This document shows positions 50,533 to 60,765 of a DNA stretch of 64,000 nt, piece after piece (position 1 is the stretch's first letter; every line of letters starts with the position of its first letter). The notes beneath the pieces were generated by a model. That model was not told where the DNA came from and searched no databases. It was given only the letters and a program-made list of their open reading frames with translations. The stretch lies in IMG/VR virus record IMGVR_UViG_3300010261_000001, positions 6,378 to 70,377 of that record; one strand, written 5' to 3'. Source of the DNA: a virus (Duplodnaviria > Caudoviricetes). A program made the translations under genes and the position numbers.

Positions 50533-52713
50533 TTATAGTATTTTAGGCAACTTAGAAATAAATCTAGAATATTGGTTATTGTGTCTAATTACATTCAAGC
50601 TTTCCCATTCCTTTAAGTTCATAGCTTCATCTATAGTAAATGGCTGTATTTCCTCTTTTAAAGCCATTAGATTTTCTTTTTCTAATCCATTCAGTAGCAT
50701 ATAACTTGCCCCTGATGATTTAACTGCATCTAAAAGTGTCTTGAACTGTTTCAGGTAATGAACTGTGAAAAATGGAGCAATACCAAACTTTCTAAATTCT
50801 GTGATATGATTTTCTAAAAAAGCCGCTGCTGTTGGAATTTGGCTTACTTCGTCAACTACTATATGAGCAATGTTTGGCTTATCAATGGAACTTCTCTCAT
50901 AACATGCCATTACTATCCTTGTCATGAAGTAGGTAACAATCACATCTTTAGTTGATTTATCTCTAAACATGCTCTGCGGCATCCTGATATATACTGCCTT
51001 GCCTTCGTTCATATATTTTGTGAAATTATGCTTATCGGGCTTAGAATTAAGCATTAACGACATTCGTGGATCATCTTGAAATTTATCTATTCTGTTTATT
51101 ATTCCAGCTATAAGATGATGCCTGGTACCTATGATTTTACCATCTTCATCAGCATCATTTAATTCTCTAAGTGTATTCAATGTTCTATCGTTATAATCAT
51201 ATATACCCTTTGTTTTTCGTATGTATTCCCCTCTAGTTTTCCAATCCTCAAGCACTCTCAAGCAATTATCTAGCGTTTCGTTAGGATGAATAAACACCAC
51301 TCTAGCTGCCGCTTTAAGGTATCGAACCATGGCACCTGTAAGAGGGCCAGTGTTTTCATCTGTGACGGAATTTATCAAATAAGTCACTTGTTTCGCAATA
51401 TCGCTCGCTATTTCTATCCTTTCAAACGGTGTGGAAAATTCATTTAGCTTATATGATATTTCTGGATATGAAAAGCTCGGCAAATTGTTTATATCGGACA
51501 GATCTATAATAACGTTGTTTTTAGTATGCTTACTTGCTGTTTCCGTTAGTTCACAATTCTTTATATAGTCGAATACAACAGTGCAATGACCTAGCTTGTT
51601 GGCTGATACTATGAAGTTTTCTGTGTACTTACTTTTGCCTGAACCCTGGGGACCCGCAACAATTTTAGGAAGTGCCATGCTATTATAATCATTGCACCAA
51701 TACGCTTTTAATTTTTCTCTTTTTACATCTGATATTCCTATTGGTATTCCTGGAACTTGTAGATCAGGTGGTATAGATATTTCTCTAGCATCGATATTGT
51801 CTATTTTATATGTTCTTTGATAGTCCTTTGTCGGCAATTGCATGATTTGAGCTAATTCTTTTGAAGATAATATATTTTTATAGTTGCTTTTGTTTACTAA
51901 TATAAATTTGTTGTCTCCGTCCATAGCATTAAAAGATTTTAAAATGTTCCTGAATAAAACTTCACTTCTATTTGATATTGTGGAGATTATAATTTTTGTT
52001 TTATAAGCACTGTATTTTGATTTCTGCAATGTGTCATTACTTAGTCCACTTCTCATCAGATTTGCATATCTTGCATCGTCTGGGTATTCGTGTTCAATTT
52101 TTTCATCGCTAATCATATCGTTTATAAAATCTATTCCGTCATAAACAAATTCAAGTGCTAGATTGACGATTTTAGTCGCTATTACCCTTTTATCAATTTT
52201 ACTTTTAGATGTAACTATACCATTTTGCTTAAATCGTTCGATACACTCGTCTGCTTCCTTGTACCAAGTCGGACTCTCAGGCTCTAATTCTAATCTTATG
52301 TAAAGCATTTCACCGTATTTTAGCATATTTTGAGTTTCTAATATGTTTGAAAGCGGCCATTCTCCCCTTAAGTCTGTTTTAAGTGATAAAAAATAATGTT
52401 CTGCTAGTTCTAGTTCCTTTGTTGTTTCTCCTATAAATGCAAAATTAGTTTCTTTAAATGTAGCATTTTTCCAACATACATTTAATTCCGTTGTGAAATT
52501 ATCTCTTATTCTATCATCAAACCCTATAAAAAACTTAATATCATCATTAGTCATTAAAATTTCATAAGTAGTGGTATATTGATATTCAAATGTCCATGAG
52601 TCGCCATTATCTCGAATTCGATTAAATGGTTTTCTGTAATAGTGGGTATTTTCCAGTAATCCTACTAACTTAGAATTATTAATGCTCAAATTTGGTATAA
52701 CTTGATATTTCAT
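50533..52713 (-). CDS. Large P-loop ATPase (VirB4/TraG/HerA-like)
   Basis: GPQGSGKS Walker A, IVVDE Walker B; ATG 52713 after AGGTGA. Confidence 0.75.
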   Translation of the reverse strand: MKYQVIPNLSINNSKLVGLLENTHYYRKPFNRIRDNGDSWTFEYQYTTTYEILMTNDDIKFFIGFDDRIRDNFTTELNVCWKNATFKETNFAFIGETTKELELAEHYFLSLKTDLRGEWPLSNILETQNMLKYGEMLYIRLELEPESPTWYKEADECIERFKQNGIVTSKSKIDKRVIATKIVNLALEFVYDGIDFINDMISDEKIEHEYPDDARYANLMRSGLSNDTLQKSKYSAYKTKIIISTISNRSEVLFRNILKSFNAMDGDNKFILVNKSNYKNILSSKELAQIMQLPTKDYQRTYKIDNIDAREISIPPDLQVPGIPIGISDVKREKLKAYWCNDYNSMALPKIVAGPQGSGKSKYTENFIVSANKLGHCTVVFDYIKNCELTETASKHTKNNVIIDLSDINNLPSFSYPEISYKLNEFSTPFERIEIASDIAKQVTYLINSVTDENTGPLTGAMVRYLKAAARVVFIHPNETLDNCLRVLEDWKTRGEYIRKTKGIYDYNDRTLNTLRELNDADEDGKIIGTRHHLIAGIINRIDKFQDDPRMSLMLNSKPDKHNFTKYMNEGKAVYIRMPQSMFRDKSTKDVIVTYFMTRIVMACYERSSIDKPNIAHIVVDEVSQIPTAAAFLENHITEFRKFGIAPFFTVHYLKQFKTLLDAVKSSGASYMLLNGLEKENLMALKEEIQPFTIDEAMNLKEWESLNVIRHNNQYSRFISKLPKIL

Positions 52714-52721
52714 GCTATCAC

Positions 52722-52925
52722 CTACAATAACATTGAAGCTATTTGAATTATAATAAATCCATATAGCCCATTTTTGCATAGTTTTTTCCCGCCAAACTCA
52801 TTGCCCATCATTATCAAGACTCCACCTATGCATAATACAACGACCAATCCGGCCCAACTTAGAGTAGCTAACTCATTTACTATTGTTTGTAAGATTGGCA
52901 ACACCTTGCTTGAGAATCCTTTCAT
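52722..52925 (-). CDS. TrbC/VirB2 pilin-like two-TM protein
   Basis: 67 aa, two hydrophobic helices with G-rich/basic linker. Confidence 0.55.
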   Translation of the reverse strand: MKGFSSKVLPILQTIVNELATLSWAGLVVVLCIGGVLIMMGNEFGGKKLCKNGLYGFIIIQIASMLL

Positions 52926-53026
52926 TGTTTAAAACCTCCTTTTATGATTTTTATTAACCCTTTGAGTATAAAAAATATGCTTAACGCTAATAATAAGACT
53001 GAAACGATCGTTAGAAAATTACTCAT
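52922..53026 (-). CDS. 34-aa single-TM peptide
   Basis: AAAGGAGG RBS; ATGA-coupled to pilin-like gene. Confidence 0.55.
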   Translation of the reverse strand: MSNFLTIVSVLLLALSIFFILKGLIKIIKGGFKQ

Positions 53027-53066
53027 ATACATCCTCCTTTAAAACTTTTGATTGGTGGTGAAAAAC

Positions 53067-53141
53067 ATGACTGAAATAGGAATAGGATTAGTTTTATTCT
53101 CTATAAGTTCCTTTATTGCTAAAATCGCAACAAATTTATAA
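53067..53141 (+). CDS. 24-aa hydrophobic peptide
   Basis: MTEIGIGLVLFSISSFIAKIATNL; GGTGGTG RBS; terminator at 53226-53252. Confidence 0.4.
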   Translation: MTEIGIGLVLFSISSFIAKIATNL

Positions 53142-53403
53142 TTATTCCAGTTGGACTAGCAATTTTCCTCGACCATCTGCATAAGCTATAGCAAAGCCTT
53201 GCTAATAGCGAACTGGCCCAAATGGCACCCTGATACAATCGGGGTATTTTTTATTGCCTTTTCGTATGTTTAGTATGATTTTGTCTTACACTGTATGTAT
53301 ATGCGGTATTGCCTGTACTTATTGACAATTATTTTTAATTTTTATGAATATTTAATTTTTTATGGTGATACTAAAGATAATAGAATCGGAAAGGAGAATA
53401 CAA

Positions 53404-53460
53404 ATGGGATGGATGATAGCTGGAATAGCTCTATATATTTTTAGTCAACTGCCATTATAG
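53404..53460 (+). CDS. 18-aa hydrophobic peptide
   Basis: MGWMIAGIALYIFSQLPL; AAGGAG RBS; terminator 53466-53491. Confidence 0.45.
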   Translation: MGWMIAGIALYIFSQLPL

Positions 53461-53720
53461 GCATAAAAAAGTGGGGTTTATCCCCACTTAATTTATTTTA
53501 TTAATATTTTCTATCAACTCACTTAAACTATTATAATATTCTCCACTATTCCAAATCAAATTTCCATATCTTATAAGATATCCATTGGCTTTAATGAATT
53601 GACTTCTCTCAAGCCTAAACAATATCATGTAATCCTTTTTTACATCCAGCACAATAACATCACCAATGCTATCGTTTACATGAATTTTATTTCCTACGTT
53701 TATTTCCATATTTTCACCTC

Positions 53721-53924
53721 CTATATTTCATATGTTTCTAACCCTTGACACTCTGGACATTCATCATTTTCTGCCCCTATGAATTGATACCCGCACTCTC
53801 TACACTCGATAAGGTATAGCTCCTCAAATTCTTCACTTTCACATTCTGGGCATTTCTTAGGATACCCTGTATTTCCATCTTCCCATTCATAATCACAATC
53901 TAGACAATGAAATCTATATAACAT
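53721..53924 (-). CDS. Double Zn-ribbon protein
   Basis: Four CxxC pairs. Confidence 0.7.
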   Translation of the reverse strand: MLYRFHCLDCDYEWEDGNTGYPKKCPECESEEFEELYLIECRECGYQFIGAENDECPECQGLETYEI

Positions 53925-54194
53925 ATTAACCCCTCCCTTTATTCTTCTTCGTACCAGTTTAAAAAACCTCTGTCACACACCCAGTCTAATAATGCTTCTC
54001 CTATTTCTTCATCCGTTGCATCGTCGTCAAATTCAACTGGTTCTTCCGTCAAGCTACATGCTACATTAGTACTAATCTGAAAAACTACTTTTCTCATAAT
54101 CTTACCTCCCTACGAATTTAATCTCTTATCAATATTCTTTCAGTAATTTTGCTTCGTTGTATAATCCTTCATGTAGTAAATCACATTGCGGACC

Positions 54195-54377
54195 TTACTT
54201 ATCGTTTTCTTTTAAAATAATTATTTTTTCACCATCAAATTTTAATTTTAAGTTTCTTGTATTTTCGTCCAAACCCATTTCTCTAATCCATTTTGTTGGA
54301 AGAGTTGCTCTAAAAGTAGAATTTCCAGCACCAGATTTATTTACTACCATTTTCGCTTTCCTAGTTTCGATTTTCAT
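54195..54377 (-). CDS. AbrB/MazE/SpoVT-like DNA-binding protein
   Basis: KSGAGNSTFRATLPTKWIREMGL. Confidence 0.75.
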   Translation of the reverse strand: MKIETRKAKMVVNKSGAGNSTFRATLPTKWIREMGLDENTRNLKLKFDGEKIIILKENDK

Positions 54378-54378
54378 A

Positions 54379-54930
54379 TCACTTCACCCTACAATTTACT
54401 TCAGAATATTTAACCATATCTTTTATTGAGTAATTTCTAAATATTGTATTTAGCTTATTGCTATATTCTATCTCATTAAAATCTTCTTTTCCCTGTGCTT
54501 TGATGCTTTGTTTCAATCTTCTTGAATACTCTGTGCTAAATCCAATATACCTTAAAGCTTTTACTTCACCTGTTGTTGTATCTATTAAAGTAATCATGCA
54601 ACCATACCCTTCACCATCTTCAACTTCATCTAGCGTCGTTAGATTTTTCGATAATCTTACATGATATGGTGCATCCATCCATGGCATACTGCCAAATTTA
54701 CTTAGTATAAACATTACACCTTCTTTGATGTACATTCCAAATTGGAGCTTACCTGTTTTAACTTGTTCTATCTCTTTTTGGCTAGGAGTCTTAAATAGTA
54801 ATAATAGTGTAGCTCCATCATCTGCCATATCAAACTTAACTCCGTCATTTGCTCCTTTAAACTTTTGTATTTTGTCTCCTATTTCTATTTTATACATAAC
54901 TATTCCCCTTATTATTATTTTGTTTCCCAT
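54379..54930 (-). CDS. Conserved hypothetical protein
   Basis: 183 aa ORF in operon; WMDAPY motif. Confidence 0.6.
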   Translation of the reverse strand: MGNKIIIRGIVMYKIEIGDKIQKFKGANDGVKFDMADDGATLLLLFKTPSQKEIEQVKTGKLQFGMYIKEGVMFILSKFGSMPWMDAPYHVRLSKNLTTLDEVEDGEGYGCMITLIDTTTGEVKALRYIGFSTEYSRRLKQSIKAQGKEDFNEIEYSNKLNTIFRNYSIKDMVKYSEVNCRVK

Positions 54931-55424
54931 GATCTTGAAAAATCTTTATCTTTAAATAATGCAGCTAGGCCTGTAATTTGCTTTAATCTTAATATTTCAT
55001 CTAGATCCATTCCAATGTTTTTAGCTATCCAAGCATCACTCATTCCACTTTCGACTAATTCAGCTACTATATTAGACATAAGTTCTATGTCGTGGCTTCC
55101 TCTTGCTCTATTGTGCCTTATGGTGCTTGCCATACGATTTTGCAAAGGTTTGTCAATAATGGATACTGGCAAACATCCATTCTCCCTATCATATATATCT
55201 TTGTGTTCTTTAATGATCCTGTACCTATGATAACCATCTACTATTTCATAAATATCTTCGTCTTCTATATAGTAACATACAATCGGCATGGTATAGCCAT
55301 CTTGCTTAATGCTTTGGTATAATAATTTCATCTCAGGTGGAGCGACTGCATTTGGATTGTAAGCGTTAGCTTGTATTTTTTCTACTGGTACTGGTTTGAC
55401 GCTATAAACCGGGCTCTTAAACAT
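54915..55424 (-). CDS. ibrB: ParB/Srx-like protein (IbrB/YbdM-like)
   Basis: NAYNPNAVAPPEMKLL, IVDGYHRY, STIRHNRARG. Confidence 0.88.
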   Translation of the reverse strand: MFKSPVYSVKPVPVEKIQANAYNPNAVAPPEMKLLYQSIKQDGYTMPIVCYYIEDEDIYEIVDGYHRYRIIKEHKDIYDRENGCLPVSIIDKPLQNRMASTIRHNRARGSHDIELMSNIVAELVESGMSDAWIAKNIGMDLDEILRLKQITGLAALFKDKDFSRSWETK

Positions 55425-55437
55425 AATATCATCTCCT

Positions 55438-55932
55438 TTATTTTAGTTTTTGTATTTGCTTACATATATAATTTATGGTTTCTTTCATTTCTAACTCATC
55501 GTTGATAGATAAGATAATTTTAGCTAAAGGAACCAAATGCTTATCTATGTCTTTTTTATTACTTGTCGTTATTTGTTTATCCCTCTTCATAAATGTTATG
55601 TCGTTTGGCTTTTTACTAACTTCTTCGAATCCTTGTTTTTTAAATATATTTTTCGAACCCTTTGTGGCAAAAACGCTCATATTCTTATCATTTCTCAATA
55701 CATGTTCTACTAACGCTGTACCTATACCTTTGTTCTTGTAATTATTTTCAACTAAAAAACCTTTTATTCTTGCTATGTTTTTATATTCTAGTGTAGATAT
55801 AACGCCTACAAGAAGATTATCTTTGTAGTAGCCCCAATGGATTCCTTTTTCATTTATTGAGACTTGTTTTTTTGAAGAACCATTTTGTCTTAGAAACGAT
55901 GCATAGGTTTTTGAATCAATTTTTTTAATCAT
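55438..55932 (-). CDS. GNAT acetyltransferase
   Basis: FLVENNYKNKGIGTALV (motif A), F.KQGF (motif B). Confidence 0.8.
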   Translation of the reverse strand: MIKKIDSKTYASFLRQNGSSKKQVSINEKGIHWGYYKDNLLVGVISTLEYKNIARIKGFLVENNYKNKGIGTALVEHVLRNDKNMSVFATKGSKNIFKKQGFEEVSKKPNDITFMKRDKQITTSNKKDIDKHLVPLAKIILSINDELEMKETINYICKQIQKLK

Positions 55933-57253
55933 AGTTTTTCCCCCTAATAATGTTCTTGTATTTCTTCATAACCTCCCCTCTTTTTTGCTGTTCCGTTTTT
56001 GTTTGTGCAAATCCCATATACTTGCACGTGTGATCGTTTTTCATTATACAAATACACATTCGTTTATAAGTTGGAACTCTGCTAAAGTCAGTAACGTTTG
56101 TATCGTCTAAATAATCATCAAATTTTATTATCTCTTTATCGCCTTTCCCCCTTTTCGACACCTTACCAGTTCTAATAACAGGCGCTCCTTCTTCCTCTAA
56201 CTCCTTTATTGTTTGGGAATCTCTTGCACCCCCAACCTTCCAACTTTTTTTTGATACTTCTAGTTTTTTAAGATAATTTTCTCTAGCACTTTTTGGTAAT
56301 GTATCAAGTAAGAAATACATGTATTCCTTCCATGTAAAATGTTCAGGCTTTTTAATATTTTTCCATCCCATTGCTACTGTACCGCCATAGGTTCCTGCAA
56401 AATTTACTCCATTCACTCTACTGATAAGTTTTCCCCATGTATGTGGTTCTATAACTTTGTAGAGTTTTAGACTTTCTGTAGCACAATCGTTAAAAGGACT
56501 AGCTACCCTCATCTGATTTAAGGTTAATCCAGCCTGATAAAATAAATCATACAATTTATTATATTTCCATCCAAAGGTTCCGTTTGCTATCCATATATCT
56601 TCTGCTTTCCAATCGTAAATCGGATAACTTTTTATCAATTTATCGTTTTCTGGATCAACTGTACACCATTCCAATCCTTCGTATTGGTTTGTTTTTTGTT
56701 TACTCGTTATAGCAGCTTGTCTATTGAGGCTTTCATCTGCCCTCAGCCCAATCAGTACAGCTGTCTTACCATTAGCAACAGCATACCATCTACTAAAATT
56801 ATCTTGAACTTCATAATCCCAAGTACCTTTCGTAAATTTAAATGGAACATTATTTTCATTTATTACAAATTTGTTATCTGGCATATTCCTTACCCATATT
56901 TCTTTTTCTTCACTATTCCAAGGTATCCAGTGATCCTGATACATCGAAACTGCACATTGTGCTGCAACAGGTAAGCATAACCAATATTTCTTTATACCTT
57001 CAAAATCATTAATAAAACTTTCCTCTACATATTTAGTTGTATTCTCGTACTGAGCTTCATAATCTAAGTGATACATTGCTAGCTTACCTAAATTATTAGT
57101 TTCTTTAGCATATTGATAGCATGAATTTAATAAAATGCCGCTATCTTTACCACCACTAAAAGCTACTAGTACATTGTCAAATTCTTTAAATATATATTCC
57201 AGTCTTTCCTGTGTAGCTTCATATACATTTTTACCCGTATAAATTTTAGGCAA
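55925..57253 (-). CDS. ibrA: PAPS-reductase/DUF3440 protein (IbrA/YbdN-like)
   Basis: FSGGKDS, GLRADESLNR, YPIYDW, MRVASPF, CICIMKND. Confidence 0.88.
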   Translation of the reverse strand: MPKIYTGKNVYEATQERLEYIFKEFDNVLVAFSGGKDSGILLNSCYQYAKETNNLGKLAMYHLDYEAQYENTTKYVEESFINDFEGIKKYWLCLPVAAQCAVSMYQDHWIPWNSEEKEIWVRNMPDNKFVINENNVPFKFTKGTWDYEVQDNFSRWYAVANGKTAVLIGLRADESLNRQAAITSKQKTNQYEGLEWCTVDPENDKLIKSYPIYDWKAEDIWIANGTFGWKYNKLYDLFYQAGLTLNQMRVASPFNDCATESLKLYKVIEPHTWGKLISRVNGVNFAGTYGGTVAMGWKNIKKPEHFTWKEYMYFLLDTLPKSARENYLKKLEVSKKSWKVGGARDSQTIKELEEEGAPVIRTGKVSKRGKGDKEIIKFDDYLDDTNVTDFSRVPTYKRMCICIMKNDHTCKYMGFAQTKTEQQKRGEVMKKYKNIIRGKNYD

Positions 57254-58719
57254 CTAATTCCCCTCCTTCAAGTCTTCTATATCCGTTATAGTTTCTTTTA
57301 CTTTTCCTCTAATTTTTAATCTCCCTTTGCGATCTCTTTTATAAATATAACTTTCGATAAATAATTGTTTATTATCCTTTTGCTTTTCTATTTCAGACTT
57401 AAAACTGTCTACTAAGTTTTCTTTTTTCCATAAGCATTTTAATATTCTTTCATCCAGTGTATAGGATGCACATAAATCTATTATGTGCACATTCTTATCC
57501 TGTCCTATCCTATGCACTCTATCTTCGCTTTGTGCTCTTGTAGCAAAGTCCCAATCATTTGAATAATACACAACATAACTACAAAACTGTAAATTAAGTC
57601 CATATCCAGCACATACTTTATTTGCCACTAAAAATTGAGCACCATTTCTAAAAACATCTATGTTTTTTTGCCTTTTTTTCTGATTTAGTTCTCCATAAAA
57701 AGGCACCGCCTTTCCTTCTCCATACTTTTTGTTTAATATCGCTGTGATAGTTTCGATTTCGTCTGTATATTTGCAAAATATTATTACCTTTTGATCCACG
57801 CCATCAAGCACCTCAAGCAATGTTTTTATTCTAGGATTATCATATGGAGTTTTAAAAAATGGTTCTCTTTTCATTGGACGTTCTGTCCTCGTTACCTTAA
57901 ATCCAGATATAACACTTTGTAAACCACTAAATAGCCTATATATGGTTTCCGGTTCTAGTTCATCCACTTCAAACAACAGTGTATCTGCAATTTCTTGATA
58001 ATGCCAATCTTGCATTTCATCTAATTCATAGTAAACAGTTTTGTATGATTTATTAGGTAAATCTAAGCACTCTTCTTTTCTCACCTGGTAAGTATATGGT
58101 GCTATTTTCCTTACTAAATAATCAGTATTTAAGCATCTATTAATTTTGCCCGGGATGTTAGGATCATATTCTAGGTGATTACCTGCAAAGCTCCAAAAGC
58201 TCCGATAACCTAGTATTCTCCAGTCTAAAATATACCACTGTGAAAACAAATCTTTTTCATTTCTGCTAATAGGTGTTCCGTTTAAAATTAATTTGTATTG
58301 GCAAAATTCGCTTAGTCGAATAATGTTTTTTGTCCTTTGAGCCATGTGATTTTTAACTAGATTGCTTTCGTCGACTATCAAATATACTTTTCTTTCCTGT
58401 ACTAACCTTAATAAAATAGAGTTAGCCCTAATACTGCTAGATAGTGTTTCTATGCCACATATAGTGAACATTGACAAATCACCTTCACAGTGCTTTTTTA
58501 TGTCTCTTTTTAGATTCTCCTTTACACTGCAAGGGCAAAGCCAAAGTACGTGATTAACTTTGCCCTTATCCAATCTATCTTTTATAAGTTCCAACGCTGT
58601 CCTAGTTTTTCCAGTTCCCATTTCAAGGCTTTCCAAAGATACAACGCTCCTACCTTTACTTTAGACAATTTTTCAACTGCTTTTTTCTGATGTTCATATA
58701 GGCTCGTTGTAAATCTCAT
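57254..58719 (-). CDS. SNF2-family helicase interrupted by 11-nt insert at 58625-58635
   Basis: Q motif LYEHQ in 58719 frame; EMGTGKT, DES, GYGLNLQ, QSEDRVHRIGQ in 58636 frame. Confidence 0.8.
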
Positions 58720-59495
58720 TCAACCACCTCCTCTTTATATCTCCATATGTATCCCAAATATGATGGTATCTTGTTTTTGCAACATTTAATTATTCCTGTT
58801 AAACAAGTCTTGTCTTTTGTTTTATTATTTTCTAGCAGCCATCTTGCAGCATCTGACATAACTTCAAATTCCAACTGTTTTTCCATCGTCATTTTATCAA
58901 ACGCTACTATTGGTTTGTTGTTGGAGTGTTTTAATACATTAACTGCGTGTCTCTGATTTTCTCTATTAGTAGTCCATTCTAGGTTTTTAACATTGTTATT
59001 TAATCCGTTTCCATCTTTATGGTTTACGTATGGTTTATTTGAAGGGTTTTCTATAAAGGCTGTTGCTACCAATCTATGCACAGAAAACATTTTTAGCTTT
59101 CCATTCTTGCACAAGCTAACTTGGTAATATTCAGCTTTAGATTTCTGTGTTAATAGTTTCTGACTTAAAATTTTTTCTTTTTGAACATAGCCTATCTGTG
59201 TCCTGCCTATTTTTTTTGTTTTTCTATATCTTTCTAAGCTCTTAACCCTCCCTAAATTACTAATTGCATACAACCCTTCGTAACCATTTATGTTCCTCCA
59301 GATTTCACCTTCTAGGTTTGGAACTTTAGGTAACGGTGTGTTATCTTGCTCTTTGCGTTTTCTTTTCAGTTCCCTTCTTTGCTCTTCTTTACAACATTTG
59401 CACCTGCTATCACGTCCGTATTTGCCTTTTTTGTTTCTATAAAACTCAGATAATGGTTTTTCTTTGCCGCACCTCGTACATATTCTAGTTAACAT
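58716..59495 (-). CDS. Freestanding HNH homing endonuclease (Zn finger, NUMOD4, HNH, NUMOD1-like)
   Basis: YAISNLGRVKS, VHRLVA, VNHKDG..NN...NLEW. Confidence 0.9.
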   Translation of the reverse strand: MLTRICTRCGKEKPLSEFYRNKKGKYGRDSRCKCCKEEQRRELKRKRKEQDNTPLPKVPNLEGEIWRNINGYEGLYAISNLGRVKSLERYRKTKKIGRTQIGYVQKEKILSQKLLTQKSKAEYYQVSLCKNGKLKMFSVHRLVATAFIENPSNKPYVNHKDGNGLNNNVKNLEWTTNRENQRHAVNVLKHSNNKPIVAFDKMTMEKQLEFEVMSDAARWLLENNKTKDKTCLTGIIKCCKNKIPSYLGYIWRYKEEVVE

Positions 59496-59555
59496 ATAAT
59501 CACCTCTGTACATAGTATATCATACATAGGTAAAACATACTATGCATAAAACATT

Positions 59556-60752
59556 TTAATCATCCTTTAAATCTTCTAAAATATCTGAATTAGATTCAAG
59601 TATTTTTTCTAACCCGTCAATACTTTCTTTTCCTTCTACTTCTACAGGATCAACTACTTCAACTTTATTTAAAGATTCTTTATATTCATCTATAGCTTTT
59701 ATAGCACCTGTTGAAAGTTTAAAACCGTACAATTCTGCAAATTCCTCTATTTCTTTATAATGCCATACTTTTATTTTCATTCCACTATCCCAATATGCTC
59801 CAGGAAGAGATTTGGCTGCTTTATATAGCTTATTATCAAATCCATCCCATCTGATAACTAATAAATCACTGTCCGTTATTTTGAATATCCAATTAGTGCA
59901 TTCAGGTTCATACACTCCATTTATCGCATTATTTCTTATTTCTTCATCTAGTATCATAATAGGGAATCCTGCATTTAAAAGCTCGTTACCTAATTCGGCT
60001 GCCCTGTCTCCTACTGTACCAGTTGCTTGAGTTATTTTTCTTTCCCATATGCCATTCCAAGTATAGCCAAGACTTTTAACTATTTTTCTAAACTCTTCAT
60101 TTCTTTCAAATCTTACAGTTATCTTACCTTCTTTAGGGGTTATTTCTGCGACTGCATTTGTGATTTTGTTTTCTGGATAAACAGTCGATTCTAATTTTAA
60201 TTCTTTTACCGTTTTTTTCTCTATTTCTTCTCTTGCTTTTTCTTCATCCGTTTTAAAAGCTTCATCATGAAAGTCTAGTATATATCTAAATAAATCAGTG
60301 TTCCTATTGTCAATATAAAACCTTGCTGTTGTTTTGTTTTCTATTATATAGTCTCTTATTGTTATAAAGGATTCTTCGTTTAATAGTTGTTTGATATACT
60401 CTTCTCCTAAGTTCTTTTTTATTTCTTTTAATTCTAGTTTATAGTAATATTTATAATCGTTTATTTCATTTTCTTTTATTTTGCTCATTTTTTCTATAAA
60501 GTTTTGTCTTAAAGTGTTAGCCCACGCAACCTGTTTTTCTGATCCCGCTAATTTTGGTAGTTCCATTTCTTTTGCTTTTTCTTCAGCTTCTTTATTAGCC
60601 TTTTGTCTTTCTTCCTCTAAATATTTTTCCCAGCACTCTGGACACATTTTTTCAAACTGTCTATCCGCCTTCCATTGTCTGTCTTTGGTAGGGCCAATAA
60701 TATTAACCCTACCTTCGTGACCACAACTATAAGTTCCATAATACCAAGCCAT
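59556..60752 (-). CDS. Conserved protein with N-terminal Zn site; possible HARP-like repeats
   Basis: YSCGH..CPEC, GSEKQVAWAN; typically upstream of SNF2 genes (recollection). Confidence 0.6.
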   Translation of the reverse strand: MAWYYGTYSCGHEGRVNIIGPTKDRQWKADRQFEKMCPECWEKYLEEERQKANKEAEEKAKEMELPKLAGSEKQVAWANTLRQNFIEKMSKIKENEINDYKYYYKLELKEIKKNLGEEYIKQLLNEESFITIRDYIIENKTTARFYIDNRNTDLFRYILDFHDEAFKTDEEKAREEIEKKTVKELKLESTVYPENKITNAVAEITPKEGKITVRFERNEEFRKIVKSLGYTWNGIWERKITQATGTVGDRAAELGNELLNAGFPIMILDEEIRNNAINGVYEPECTNWIFKITDSDLLVIRWDGFDNKLYKAAKSLPGAYWDSGMKIKVWHYKEIEEFAELYGFKLSTGAIKAIDEYKESLNKVEVVDPVEVEGKESIDGLEKILESNSDILEDLKDD

Positions 60753-60765
60753 TTTTATACCTCCT

